This document shows, piece after piece, positions 38,835 through 52,423 of a DNA stretch of 64,000 bases. Position 1 is the first letter of the stretch. Every line of letters begins with the position of its first letter. The position numbers were made by a program, and so were the translations under genes. Under the pieces are notes generated by a model that worked only from the letters and a program-made list of their open reading frames with translations, was not told the DNA's origin and did not search any database. The stretch lies in NCBI RefSeq assembly GCF_018350175.1, contig NC_058368.1, positions 2,170,001 to 2,234,000 on the forward strand. The letters run 5' to 3'. This DNA comes from Felis catus (lineage: Eukaryota).

Positions 38835-41800
38835 ATCTGTTCAAATACAAGACTTTATTTTTATTTATTAATAAGGTAAATATAATGATTTTTGAAAAAA
38901 AAAAGTTTAAAAATGTTCAGCCTTCATGTTAATGTAGGTTAGGCCATCCAAAAGACAAAGCAGAGTTAACATTAAGTCATGGTCCAGGATTATACTTATG
39001 AGAAACAAATACAGGACTTACGGTACTTGATAAGTAAAGACAACCAAAATAAACTGTATTTCAAATTTGTTTCTATAAAAACATATTAAAGACCATTTTA
39101 AAATAGTATCCATCTTTTCTTTCAAATGGGCATATAGCTTCATTTGCAATCATGTACAAATATAATAAACTTGACTAATAGCTTTCGTAATCTTTTAATA
39201 CAAATACAATTCCTTCCTCCTTTATGCAACCCAACAAAGTAATAGCAAGTGAAGTCATTAGAAAAATATGGACCTTTCTGAATCTATATTGCATTTGTAA
39301 CTTAGATTGGAAAATATAGTTCAGATCATATGAAACACGTGGATTTCAGGTGTACACATCACCTGTGCCTTGCAAATGATCAGATATGGTCTTTATTTTG
39401 GCTGAAATGCAAAAATACGATTAATTTCTTAGTAACAGATTAGTTAAAAATAGTTTCCATTGATAGCAGTGCTAGTCCTAGAACAAAATGTAAGCAAAAC
39501 ACATTTGTAAGTCACTGTCTATTCAGTGCCCCCAATATACAGATCCTAAGCCCTTAATATACATTTGCTTTAAAGATTAACGAATGGACATCTCACATGT
39601 CTGATAATCTTTACTTTAAACAATCCTGTAAACATAGTCAAAATCTTTCTAAAAGAAGTAAAATTCAAGTAAACATTGCATATTTGATTTAAACTAACCT
39701 TACAGTTAAATTCGCTTATGACACATTGGATGAAAATCATTCAATATGCAACAAGGTTTTAAAAAATCATCCACATGTAAAAATGGAACTGAACTCTGTA
39801 AACATGTTCATGTTTAAGAACTACTGTAGTGCAGCTGCTCTTTGGTTTGGCATAATGATACCGGTCAGACGCCTCAGGTACCGAACATTCAAGTAAATCT
39901 GTACCCAGGCAAAACCAAGACTCCTGGTGGAATTTGTCTTTAATGGCAATGGCAGGACCTGAAATTCAACTTTATTTTCCTTAAATATATCAAAGTGTTC
40001 GAAGGACTAAAGATAGAGTACTAATAGATTTTGACAGGCCTTCATTTTGACCTCTGCCCCTAAAGAGTTGATAGCACTAATCAATCAATACCAGTCGAAA
40101 CACCAAAGAGGCAACCTTGCCGTGACTCCCAGGCCATTTGTAGGCCCCTGCTGAATGACCATTAACATGTATGAATAAATCAGCCAAATATCTAGAATGT
40201 GGCAAAGTGCTGGCCATAAATTAAACCAAAGGTAACTAAGGCAAAGGCTTTAAGTGAAAACTTTTGAAAAGGTGTTTGCTCTACTATTAAAGATGACGTT
40301 AAATAAAACTTAAAAGAGAAAGATTACGTCACCACAAAAGTGCCTGAATAGGTTAAAGGGGAAAGACTATGTTTCTTCAACTGTTAATCAGGTGCATGCA
40401 AATCCTGTGATCTAAATGTAGAAATACTCACAAAAAGTACCGGGAGAACATTTCTGAAAGTAGTCAGGTAAGTTTAAACGTTCACAATCTCCTTACAATA
40501 CATAAACCGCCAAAGTGAAGTGATTTTTTTTAACTCCCTTAACTCGCATACTTAAAAGTCTTCTAGAGTCAAGAGTATTAGGACTACAAAGTTCAAATAA
40601 AGGTATAGGAACCATTGTAATAGTATTCCAAATTGTATTTTCAAAGTAACTCATTCCTTTGGTTCAAAGGGAGAAAACATTACTTCCTATTAAAATCTAA
40701 TATTAGCATAGCCAATGGAATTAGACAAATCCTATAAACTGAAGATCTGGAACAGCTGACTAAAAATTTATGCTACATTAGGAAATTCCAGAGCTATCCC
40801 CACAGCGTATGTTTGGCACACAGAAGGTACCTCCAACATACTTGGTGGATGAATGAAATATAAGGCTAATTTTGCAAAATTAGGAGTCAAAGACTGTGAG
40901 AGGTCATCCAGTCTAACTCATGCATAATACCCCTTCCTCCAATCCTATTTTACAGAGAGACAAACTGTAATGGTCAATATTTACAGATGCTGGTTAAGAT
41001 TCAGCTCTATCCAATACTGGAAGCAATCAATCATTTTGGTTTGTGTGTGCACATAGGACTAAACAGGACAAATGAGGTAACATTTCTATGTCGTTTCTCC
41101 TTTACAGGGTACGGTATTTTCCCTTAGAATTAATTCAACAATTCCTGTCGCTTAGACTGGATTTCCAAAGGAAAAGGATTTCCAAAGGAAGTCAGATTTC
41201 AAAATTGGCACGAATAGTGGAATCCACTGCTCACAGACTGGAAGTTTTAAATGGACTACTCAGGTTAGAATTTCTCTCCTGAAGGTAGAATTATGCTAAG
41301 CAGTTTTATTCTAGTTCAAATTGCATTTTAAGTCACCGTTTAAGCTTTATAGGATCGCTGTAAAAAGTTTCCAAGCAATTTTTAGTAATCGCCTAAACTG
41401 ACATTCGAAAGTCAACAGCATGTGTATCCTAAATACCTTAGGACGACAAGTAATTTTTAACAGCTTACAAAACCTGCCCATCTTCCTCTTTACTTTTCTC
41501 CTAGCCACTGCCACTATTCTGTGTCCAATATTCCTATAGCACATGTGCCTTTGTGTTTCCCTGCCCATAAAAATACCCATGAAAGTTCAACAAAAAAGGA
41601 ATTTGAAAGCAGAGAAAACCAAAAATATTTCTACTTAAGCCTTGGGTACAACACTACATTACATGGCTGTATTAATGCTTAGAACTAAGCCCTCAATGAA
41701 TTATACAAATGTGCTCCATGTTTTAAATAACTATATTTAGATATCTGACTCTTTCTGAGTATTATTTTATAGCCAACAATAAAAAAACTTTATTAAAAAT

Positions 41801-42335
41801 GTTGAAAAGTATAAAACAGTAATTATAAATTAGCAAACACCCAATAAAAAAAAGTTATTTTCTTTTCCTTACACAGTACAAGCAACAGTAAGTGGATATT
41901 ATCAATCACCTTCAGCCACCACACTGCCCTACATGTACTTCACTTAAGACAACTTCTCAGCTTGTTGGAGTGAAAATTTATATGGATACAAAGAAACGAC
42001 TCTAACAATAGAACTCAGGTGTCAAAAAAATACATCTGCCATGTTAACATGTGTTTTGATAGCTCATACTGTAGCATCTCATAACAGGTAAGTGTTATTT
42101 CCAAAATAAAATTAAGTCACTTTTGTAGCAGTCAGTCGATGTAGCACAAATGGGCTTATGTTAGATTAAGGCATCTTCCTGCTCTGGAGTAGTGCTTCTG
42201 TGGATCCAGCGATCTGTACAAAGGCTTCCTTTTTTAAAAAATATATCTTCTGTTATACTTCAATTATTTCATTCCATTGATCATTTTCTTGCAAATAAAA
42301 CTGAAAATATCAGTCCATAATATGTTTTTATAAAC
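38835..42335 (-). other. ZDHHC20: ZDHHC20 terminal exon / long 3' UTR (encodes GL* at 42328-42335 if the penultimate exon is skipped)
   Basis: TTTCTGATTTTGTAG acceptor at 42336; AT-rich, free of carnivore SINEs; clustered AATAAA on the minus strand at 38854-38869 and a proximal one at 41789-41794; 3' end approximate. Confidence 0.75.
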
Positions 42336-42458
42336 CTACAAAATCAGAAACAATTGAGTTATTGGTTAAAACTTAATTTTATAGTTCTGAAAATAAGATT
42401 TATTAAGCGGTTCTGTGGGCTAAGGTATAAAGCTGCTAAAATAACAAGACCGGACACA

Positions 42459-42690
42459 GGGGCACCTGGGTGCCTTAGTCGGCTGCACGTCCGACTTTGG
42501 CTCAAGTCATGATCTCACGGTTCGGGAGTTCAAGCCCCACGGCAGGCCCTGTGCTGACAGCTCAGAGCCTGGAACCCGCTTCGGATTCTGGGTCTCTGTG
42601 TCTCCCTCTCTCTCTGTCCTTCCCTTCCTTGTGCTCTGTCTGTCTCTCCTTCAAAAATAAATAAACACTTAAAAAATAATAAAATAAAAT
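42459..42690 (+). mobile_element. SINEC
   Basis: SINE head, body and tail. Confidence 0.9.
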
Positions 42691-42839
42691 AGGAAATAAA
42701 TACTTTAATACAACTAATACTGTAATAATAACAAAGATTTTTAGAAGCAGCAAGTAAGGGGTACTGCTGGCTTTCTTCCTCAGAAGCAAACGAGAACATT
42801 TTAAAAGAGGTGGATTCTTTTGGTTCTCCCTTACTGTTA

Positions 42840-43348
42840 ACTTGGACATAACCTGCGAGGACATCTTTACCCACCCCTTCCAAGACTGCTAGAGCACATA
42901 GGGCGGTACCCACAGCAACATTTATAGATTGTTGAGGATTTTCAACAACCACTAGCATCAGACATTCTTCCACCCACATTAAGAATTCTAGAACCAAGGC
43001 TATACCACAGCCACAGTTCTTGGTGGGCATGGTCACCTCATGACACACAGTCACCACTCCTCTCCAGAGTCCAGCCTGACACAAGCCCACCCTGAGAGCC
43101 TCTGTTCTGACTCTGCTAGGTCTCACGTAGGCTCTGCCTGTTACCTTGGACCTGGGCTCCAGGTCCTTTGTGAGGAACTGAATGCTAATGAAAACTGCTG
43201 AGCAAGGAAGCAGATGTTCCCCTGAGACTGCAGATGAGAACTCCTTGAAAAGATGAACTCCTGCCACAGAAAAACTGACAATAAAGGGACATTGTCTTCA
43301 GTTGCTGTTTGTGGTCGTCTGTTATGCAGCAAAGGGTAACCAATACAG
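42840..43348 (+). mobile_element. MaLR (MLT1-like) LTR remnant
   Basis: Ends TGTTATGCAGCAA..TAACCAATACA, typical of an MLT1 3' terminus. Confidence 0.55.
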
Positions 43349-44094
43349 GTTACGAGGAAGACTTCGGAACAATCTAATAGCTGCCCAAGATGCTCCCAAG
43401 TCATCGAGACAGTCCCCAACTGAAACAGAGAGCCGTCTTTGTTTCAAAGCATCGGGAGACACGGAGCTCACTACATCCCTCACAGTTCAACTTAGTTACA
43501 CCACCTACTTGCACTAAGGTTTGTGTTCAGTCTGTCTGGGAAGTTCCTGGTTGCCAGTTAAATTAATTTCCTCTGGCTGCTGTCTCGGGCTGGCCAGACA
43601 GAGATCAGCTGCTCAGCGTGCCTGGCTACAGGAAACTGCTGTTTTGTTACCTCTTTTCCAACTAGATCACATCAGCGAACCTCTTCAGTCTTTTCTGCAG
43701 CCACTCTTCTCTGGATCAACATCTTTCTAATAGTAGGCAAAAGCCATCTTGTTTTTCTTAAACTAATTAATAAGACACCGTTTACTAAAAGATTAGTCGT
43801 CCATATACCAACCCAAAAAAAGCTTTTAGCTTCTTCATTAACCTACCAATACATGTTTACTAAGACTGTGCTAGAAGTGGTAAGAAAAATGGGATTTAGG
43901 CAGCTGTTACCTTCCAATCTCTTCTTAACCACCTAATTTTGCTGATATAATTGAAAGAGTAAAAAAAAAAAAAAAGACTTGCAAATTGTTTTGAGATTAG
44001 AAAACATGAAAATAACTGCATTTGTTCAAGGAGATTACCTTTATACTGTCTTACCTTGTTCTTATTCAAATGGTTAGTTATGAACCAGTGGTAC

Positions 44095-44132
44095 TCAATT
44101 TTCTATTGCCACTGTAACATGGTTATTTGTCC
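44095..44132 (-). CDS. ZDHHC20: ZDHHC20 penultimate exon, coding part with stop (exon spans 44055-44132)
   Basis: (G)TNNHVTVAIEN* matches the recalled human ZDHHC20 C-terminus; followed by 40 nt of UTR and an AAG|GTAAG donor. Confidence 0.92.
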
Positions 44133-45224
44133 CTGTAAGCACATAATTATATACGACATGACACAAAAAAAGAAGTATTAAGTTTCTGGCTAAATGGTAG
44201 AACTGATGATCACAGTAAAAGCAACTCTTACGAAAGCACTATATTATGCTTATGGTTATCAACCATAACCATATCCTCTTGGAGAACCCAGAAGCGCTAA
44301 GAGCTAAAAGTCTGGTTTTAGGCTTATATTTGTGAAAATGTCCATTGGCTTTGAAAGCAGCAATAACTGCGAAGCCCATGAATGAATTTTTCCTTTGACC
44401 TTATACATGGGGTCTGATGATCCTAATCAATACTAATTCAAGAGAATATCCTAATGATACGAATTCAAGAGAATAACTTAAGCATTGCGAAGAGCCAAAA
44501 ACAAACAAAAAATCAGAAATTCTGACAGCAGGCTTTCAAGTCTTAGGGTATTTCCCTTGGTACAAAATGATCTGAATGTCCAAACCATTTTCCCGCAGAG
44601 CAAGATGAGGACAGTGCTATTACTATTGCTATTAAAAACCGCCATGCAAAGAGTGTAGCTTGTAATGCATGTTAAATGGCCAGCCTATGTCATAAACCTG
44701 GCCTGGTTCGAAAGACCACCTCTGTCTTGTCAACTGTTCCACAATGAATCCATAATTCACGAAATGATTAACAGTCATCATGAAAAGGTTAAAATATTTT
44801 TGGTGCACTCTTTTTATATATTAAGGCAGCAAAGACTACAATGCATTTCAAAAATTATTTTCAAATAAGCAAAATTAAGACCCTAGAGAAAAATCTTGTT
44901 TAAACGCTATTCAGAATCGTGAATGCCAAAAGAACTTTCTACATCTGAGGTCAAGAAACACATGGCTGGGTAACAAAAGGCAAGTCCAACTGTGTCAACA
45001 GAACAGAACACAGGAGTAGCCACTACACTTCCTCAAACCTTTTCTCCATAAAAGCTACCAATGAACACTGACACCCCATATGTCAGATATTCCATTAAAA
45101 AGTTTCTCATATGTTAGTATTTTTAAATATGGTGTTATTTTGATTTTTCCACATTTGTTAAACCTGCTTGACCTTCATTTGAACCAGAAAAAGCAGTGTT
45201 TTCGAGAAGACAAGTAAGTATTAC

Positions 45225-45340
45225 CTGATCTGACAGTGCCTTCCTCAGATTCATTCTCTGTCCACTGAGATTCACTGTCCAACAATCGGTTTTTTGATTC
45301 ACTAAGTGGTTTGATAGGAAAGGGTTGACTTGAGCCAATA
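45225..45340 (-). CDS. ZDHHC20: ZDHHC20 exon
   Basis: 116 nt, (S)IGSSQPFPIKPLSESKNRLLDSESQWTENESEEGTVRS; CAG/GTAATA sites. Confidence 0.94.
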
Positions 45341-46675
45341 CTGAAAAGAGGAGGAAAAGAATTCAGTAACTAGTTTAATGCTCAATTAATACTTAATTAA
45401 TAAGCAGCAAATTAGTATTCCTTCTCCTACGTATGTGAGGGCAACTCATGAGATCTCAGCACTCTTAAAAAACTCTATCTTCAAAAGAAAAATATGCCCC
45501 CAACCCCCAACTGAATGGCTCTCTAGACCCAAGAATCTCTATTCCAACAGTGCCAATGAAAACTATTAGACAAAAGAAAAAAGCTCCAAAGGCTGGTGTG
45601 AAACTTTTAAAACGTGTTAATCAAGAGCCGTTAAGGTAGCACAAGGTGGGGATCTAGGTCTGTGGCCAGGACAAAAAAAATTACCTGTCATTTCCCAAGT
45701 TTTCTGCTTTCTACCTCTGCAGTTTAGATCTAAGGGGAAAAAACGATTTAGTGACTCAGCGCAGACTTGCTTTTCTTGCTAAGAGACCCGGGGGAGGGAG
45801 GGAGCGGAGGAACGGAAGGAGGAAAAGGGAAGTAGTGTTCCTTGCGTACTTACTACGGGCCAGACACTGTGCTGGGTGCATCAGACACAGGTCAAGCTTC
45901 ACAATAACCCTTGGAGGCAGCTGTGATTGCCCTCATTTGACAGAGCTGGAAACCGAGTCTCACACAGCTGAGGTGACTTGTTCAGACCCACAGTAAGCGT
46001 TAGAGTTCTAAGGTCCAAAGACTGGAGGTTCTAAGGTCGACGTTCTGATATTAATGGGCCGGCTTGGAATTTATAATCCCTCCTCCCCCGCAAGTTATTT
46101 CTGTCTTAAATAAATTTCAACTGTTTCACTTTGACAGAAGCATCTCTATCTTCTTTAAAATTTCATTTAAAATGAGCTATTTCTCTGAATTTATGAATCG
46201 GATTGCTTGGCATGGAAATACTGAGAAACTATCTCCTAAGATGAATGAATGAGAAAAAATTTTACATTTGTATTTTTGAAATCCTCATTAATATTATTTT
46301 CACACCGCAGTTAACATCTGTTTATCAAAATATAATGATGGATTGCATGACCAATTTCTTTGAAAAAAACAGAGCTGATACAAACCAACAGAATCAAATC
46401 TTGGAAGAATATCTTAGTTTCTAGAAAGATGTAACATATTTAGGATAGCCATGTTTCCTGGTTGGCCCAGAGATTTCTAGTTCAACTATTAATAGCAATA
46501 GCAAGCATTCTCTTTCTTACTATTAAAAGTGTTATGGTTTGGATGATAAAAAATACGGCTGTCTTCAACATATTAGGTAAACACCCACATTAACTCTCAG
46601 TTAAAAACCTTTTATATAGAATTTCTCTTTGCCTATGTTGGCTCACAAATTACTACTGTATTTATATGTATGTAC

Positions 46676-46676
<1 letters not shown>

Positions 46677-46717
<41 letters not shown>

Positions 46718-46726
46718 CACACACAC
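46677..46726. repeat. (CA)n microsatellite
   Basis: About 19 perfect CA units plus an interrupted tail. Confidence 0.95.
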
Positions 46727-46774
46727 AGTTTGCTTTATAATGAATACAGAAAAACTTGATGACAAGAAGCACAC

Positions 46775-46864
46775 CTTCTAGCATATTCATTTTGATTTGT
46801 AACAGGAGCTTGTTCTGGATCCATCCCCACAAGGCGAGTTGGAAAACTGCAACCATCACCCAAG
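46775..46864 (-). CDS. ZDHHC20: ZDHHC20 exon
   Basis: 90 nt, (S)LGDGCSFPTRLVGMDPEQAPVTNQNEYAR; CAG/GT sites. Confidence 0.94.
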
Positions 46865-47449
46865 CTGCATAATGAAAAATATCAGCAATAATTTAAATCA
46901 TATTAATGTAAATCAAGGTGTTCAAATTTAATAACCATTCTTCAAAGTCACAGTATAAAGAAATTATACGTTGTCATTACAGAGAATAATTCTTAAAATT
47001 TTCTAATGTAGAGGGTTACTCTTCTCTTATAATTTACATGTATTTAAAAACAGTATCTTTCACGACTACTAAGATTATAATGCCTCTTATAATACCTCAA
47101 ACATAGGTATTCAAGTACCGGGGAAGCTGATAATTAAAAATTTGGGTAATTAAGACCATAATTATTATTAAGATTATGCTGCCTCAAACACAGGTAATCA
47201 AATATTTGGGTAAGTGACCTGCTCATCGCTATCAGTTAGGACATCATAAAGGCACAAAATGAAATTCAAGATAGAAGTTCCACAAATTTATTCATTTGAC
47301 AAGTATTTATTAAATGCCTACAATGCTCTGGGTACTATTATAAGAGGTAGGGATAGAGCAGTGAACAAAGGAGAAGAAAATCTCTGCCCTCAAGAAGCTT
47401 ACAATTAAAAAATTATAGACATATCTTCACATTTTAAAAATACCAAAAG

Positions 47450-49400
47450 TAGGTAAAACGGACTTTCACTTGCAGCCAAGATGGGTTAACTGGTAAATGT
47501 GACCTCCTGTCATGAACAACCAGAAAACTGAATACTATATACAATAACTATTTTCCAAACAGGCAACACAGAACTGTAGTGTCTGAAAGAAGAGAAACCA
47601 ACCAAGTGAGTCCCAGCTTTCTGCCAGGACCTGGGCACCACCAGGGGAAGCAGAGCAAGGTCGTCTCATTGAATTGAGGTTTCAGAGATGCACGTTTCAA
47701 GGTGATGTGCTTGAATCTACTGGACGGAGCTGAGGAAGGGCGGATATGCAGAGGAAGGCCTATGGCAATGTGCACAGCATTTCACTGGAGTCTCGTGGTG
47801 AATGCTAAACTACACATGTGAATCTGGGAGAACAACAACTGGGAAGTACAAGAGAACAATCCATGAAGCTCCTACAGCACTGGAAGGCATTCGAATCTGA
47901 CCAGCCACACTAGAGAGATCTTACTGTACGTCTGGATTCGGTAGAGACCCCAGCTTGCTCTCGCCTGTGTTGTAGGGCTAAACCTGCCCTAAAGAAAATG
48001 CTACTTTAAACCCAACCTAACAAAGCTTAAAACAGCCTCAAAAGGACCACACTAAAAACACAAGTAACTGCCAAAGGGAGAAAGCAAAATTTAACCCACA
48101 AAATTCAAAATGTCTACCACCTAATAAAAAATTACTAGCATGAAAAGTAGGAAAATGGGATCCACAGCTAAGAAAAAAACAGTTACTAGAAAAGGATTAG
48201 AAATGACTATGAAAACTTGAAGCAATCACTTTAAATTAGTGACTATAAACGTCTGTGAATTAACAGGAAAAATGGACATAATGAGAAAAGAAATGTAAGA
48301 TATAAAAAAAAGAACCAAAATGAACTTCTAGAGCTGAAAAACACAATATCTGAAATGAAACATTCATTAGATGAGCTTAACAACAGAGCAGACATCACAG
48401 AAGAAAAGATCAGCGAACTATCCAAACCTCAGCAGGTAGAGAAAAAAGATGGGGGGCAGGGAAAAACAGCAACGACCTGTGAGTCACGATCAAGCAATTT
48501 AACATACATATATTTAAGGGTGCCCGAAAACCCAGTGCGGGGAAAGCATGGGCAGGCATGATTAAAATTATTTAATTGTGATGAAAACTATAAATTCATA
48601 GATCCAAGAAGCCTAATGAATCCCAAAGAGGATAAACACAAAGAAACCATACATCATATCAAACTGCTTAAAATCAGTGATCAAGATAACATCTTAAAAG
48701 AAGCTAAGGAGGAAAAAAAAAAGACCCGGTAATTTACAAATAGTGGAATAAAGATGAATGAGGCTGATTTCTTGTCAAAATGGGGGAAAAAACAACCAAA
48801 CCAGTCAACAGTGAAATTGCTACTTAGAGCAAATAATCTTAAAAAATACTAGTCCGTGTTCTACCCAGTCGGAGTGGACGACCTTGTAATACAGGAGACA
48901 AAGGAGATTGGTACACTTAAAGATACAGCGATAGGATCTGCCAAATGAAACACAGAAAAAAGACTAAGAAACGGACAGCGCATCACTGAGCTGTGGTAGA
49001 ACTTCTCGTGTACGAATATACATGCATTCTTCTTATTTGAAGAAATAATGATTCAAACACTTTCCAAATCTGATGAAAGTTATAGAATCACAGCTCCAAG
49101 AAGTTCAACCAATTCCAAGCACAAGAAAAACGAACAACATACCAAACAACATATACCAAGGCGCATCCTAATCAAACTTCATGAAACTAGTGATGAAAAG
49201 CCCATTTTAAAAGCACTCAGTGAAAAAGACACATCACATACAGAGTAAAAAAGAATGACTGCAAACTTGTCAGACAAAAATGTAACCCAGAAGACCATTA
49301 AAGCAATATCCAGAATTATAGGCCACGCAGAATGTTTTTCAAAAGTGAAAACAAAACGTTATTTTCAGACAAACTATAGGAAGTGCAGCAAATGAAGAGA
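47450..49400 (+). mobile_element. Old L1 5'/ORF1 fragments
   Basis: ORF1-like peptides (MKHSLDELNNRADITEEKISEL; IPRRILIKLHETSDEK). Confidence 0.75.
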
Positions 49401-49944
49401 AGAAAATCCTGTAACATTGATAAATATGTCATTCGAATTTCAAATATTTTTTTCCTTTTCTGTAGTGACTCTGATATATAGATAGCCTAAGACGCCTGGG
49501 GTCTGGGTGACAAGGAAACTATGAATCATCTCAAGCATTTATTTTCATTTAAATTTGAAGTTAAAAATTGCATTATGTGTTGGGTCTTTAAAACACAACA
49601 GAATAATCTGTGATAGAATCTTTGAGATGTAGCTGGTAAGTATAAATTCTTATCATTTTCTACTTCAAACAACTTATTTACATTTTGCAGGAGAAAGTGA
49701 TTGTTATTTTTATGAATCATTTTTTCCGCTTTCCAAATATATGCCCAAACCAAACCCTCTTTTGCCCATGTAACAAAAAACATGAAAAATAAAATATTTT
49801 ATATAATCAAGATATTCTGAGTTTTCATTCTCCAGGCTCAGAGGATGTCATATACAGTATTCTGTGAATCTTAACACATTTAGCCAGAGAGACAGAGACT
49901 ATCACAGATTCTGTAATTTCTGAGACCTGCGTTTTATAAATTAC

Positions 49945-50071
49945 CTTGAAAATATTGGAAGTAGCCAGTATTTCTTTTCATCGCCAAAGACTTGTCTCCA
50001 ATTTTTACTGCATCCAAGAGAAAAACCATTTCCATCAGGTCCATATGAAAATGTGGGTGAGCGGAATGATT
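49945..50071 (-). CDS. ZDHHC20: ZDHHC20 exon (PaCCT motif region)
   Basis: 127 nt, (E)SFRSPTFSYGPDGNGFSLGCSKNWRQVFGDEKKYWLLPIFS; CAG/GTAATT sites. Confidence 0.95.
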
Positions 50072-50362
50072 CTGTTGTAGACACATAGATTAAAAAAAAC
50101 AATTAATCCATTGAATAATTATACAAGGATGGAAAGTAGCAATTTTCTTGCTTACTCTCTGATATCAAAGTTTTATAAACATAATTTAAAACAAATATTT
50201 GTAACAATTAAAAGAAACTTCTCAAACTTATTTGGGAAAAAATACTACCTCTGAGTATTTCGTCATCTTTATAAAATGAAAATGTGAGAAGAATTATCTA
50301 ATATTACTAAAAAATCTACTGAAGTGTGTTCATTATATCTCACTTAAAAAACAAAAGTTTAT

Positions 50363-50772
50363 GGGGTGCCTGGATGGCTCAGTCAGTTAAGCATCTGACT
50401 ATAGCTCAGGTCATGATCTCACGGTTCCTGAGTTCAAGCCCTGCATCGGGTTCTCTGCTGACAGCTCAGAGCCTAGAGCCTCCTTCACACTCTGTGTCTA
50501 CCTCTCTCTCTCTACCCCCCCCCCCGCTCATGCTCTGTCTCTCTTGCAAGAATAAAACATAGAAAAAATACTTATTTTGAGACACAGAGCATGTGCACAC
50601 GCATGCAAGTGGGGGAAGGGCAGAGAGAGAAGGAGAGAGAATCCCAAGCAGGCTCTGTGCTGACAGTGTGGGGCTCGAACCACATGGGGCTTGAACCCAT
50701 GAACTGTGATAGCATGAGCTGAGCCGAAATCAAGAGTCAGATGCTTAATTGACTGAGCTACCCAGGCGCCCC
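50363..50772. mobile_element. Adjacent inverted SINEC pair (plus 50363-50560, minus 50570-50772)
   Basis: Tail-to-tail SINEs with almost no spacer. Confidence 0.88.
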
Positions 50773-52146
50773 TGTATCTCCCTTTTAAAAAAAGATATGC
50801 TAACTCTTGTGACTGCACTCATTCATTACTTATGAAATTCTTACCACGTGCCTGTTGGCACAGTACCAGATGTTTGAGATCCAAAGGTAAATTAGATGAA
50901 ATTCTTAAAGAACTGACAGTCCAGTAAAGTCTAACAAAACTGCACTGTGACACAGAAACAGGTGTGAATGGGGGTGGCAGTACTTGAACATGATCTTGAA
51001 CGATGAATAAAAAAAGAGGCAGATGCTAATCAGAGACCATTATTTCAAACTTGGCTGCTAAATGCTCCATAGTGAGGGCTGAAGAAAGATACACTTCTCA
51101 CCAGAAAAAATGGTTTTTTTCCTTTATTTAAAAGTACAATGCATTTTAGCATGTTTTATAAGCTATGGGTAAGAAGCCAGGGAGAGAGGAATTGGGAAAG
51201 GTTGATGATACAGAACAGTAAAGTAAAAACTGATGCAAGAAAATTCTAGAAGAAATGGGACAGCCTCTAGAAGAGTTCTAAAGATTAACCTTAGATACCA
51301 GAAAAGACATTTGTCCTCAGAATTTGGAAGCAGTGTGACAGTGATGGGTTTGAAAGGAGAAATGTCTGTGTGAGGTTACAAGGGTGGGGGGAAGGCGGTT
51401 AAAAATTGACCTGTGACAACTTCTAATTTTTTCAGAAACACGTGACATGTGACTGCCAAAGAGAGTAGAGGACCCAAGTGAGGTCTGAGACTTTAACCGG
51501 GTAGGTGCACCCATCACTGTGGGAGTAAGACTGCCTTCCCCAGCTTTCTACACCTCAACATACTTGTGGATAAAGTGAAGCGCTGGGGAATAACCAGGGA
51601 GCAGATCAGCAAATGAATTATGGGAGGAAACCAGGGTGGGTGTAGTGTGAGAGTACTGTCGGGAGTCGTTAAAGTCACTTGTTACAGGATCTAAAATGGA
51701 AAAGACGAGAAAATGAGACCAGAAAGGAAGGGAGTCCTTGGGAGAGAAGTGCTGGAGAATACAGGCAGGGTAAAAGAGGAAATTCGGTGGCATACAGAAC
51801 AGGATAGATGAAAGGATGAAGAATGGCCAGAGAATGGAAAATTCCAATTGAAAATTTCAGGGACTCCTCAGTTCCAAGAGAATAAAAGGTTCAATATTTA
51901 GTTTATGGGAATGATTAGCCACCAGAATCAAAGACAGCTTGCCTGTCTGGGATGATTGCAGTTGTCTGAATATAGAAACTCTTTAAATTGGAGAACTGGT
52001 CTCAAGGTAGGTAGGTGACAGTAATGGAGAAGGGTAGAGGGGACACCTCAAAGGACACAAGAGCAGGACTCTGGAAGAAGCAATGGAGAACCAGCCCAAG
52101 GTCAGGGGTGTGGAAGGTGAGGCTGTAAAGGAAGTGGAGTGTCCGG

Positions 52147-52423
52147 GTAATGATTTTTCAAAGTGTGGGTTAAAACACCCGGATAGGTGTTTTTCACATC
52201 CAATAGGCTGTGAAATCGACTCAGTGGTTTGTGACCAGCATTTCTTTTTAATGAACTAGAACAGAAAGTATTAGAGTACATTGCAAATAAAGATTAGTAA
52301 TGTTTTATAAATGTTTTGCTTATTTTATTTATATAATTTTATAAATGTGTGCATGCACTAGGTCACGATACAAATGATGCCTTTCTTGCTGGAGTCACAG
52401 GCAAAAAAGTTTGAAGAAGACTA
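52147..52423 (+). mobile_element. hAT-Charlie type DNA transposon remnant (Charlie4-like)
   Basis: TTTTTCAAAGTGTGGGT..GTGAAATC..GTGACCAGCATTT..AAAAAAGTTTGAA motifs. Confidence 0.55.

Noticed and set aside
42530..43267. 245-aa ORF
   Set aside because: Spans an MLT1-like LTR and a SINE inside a ZDHHC20 intron; chance ORF
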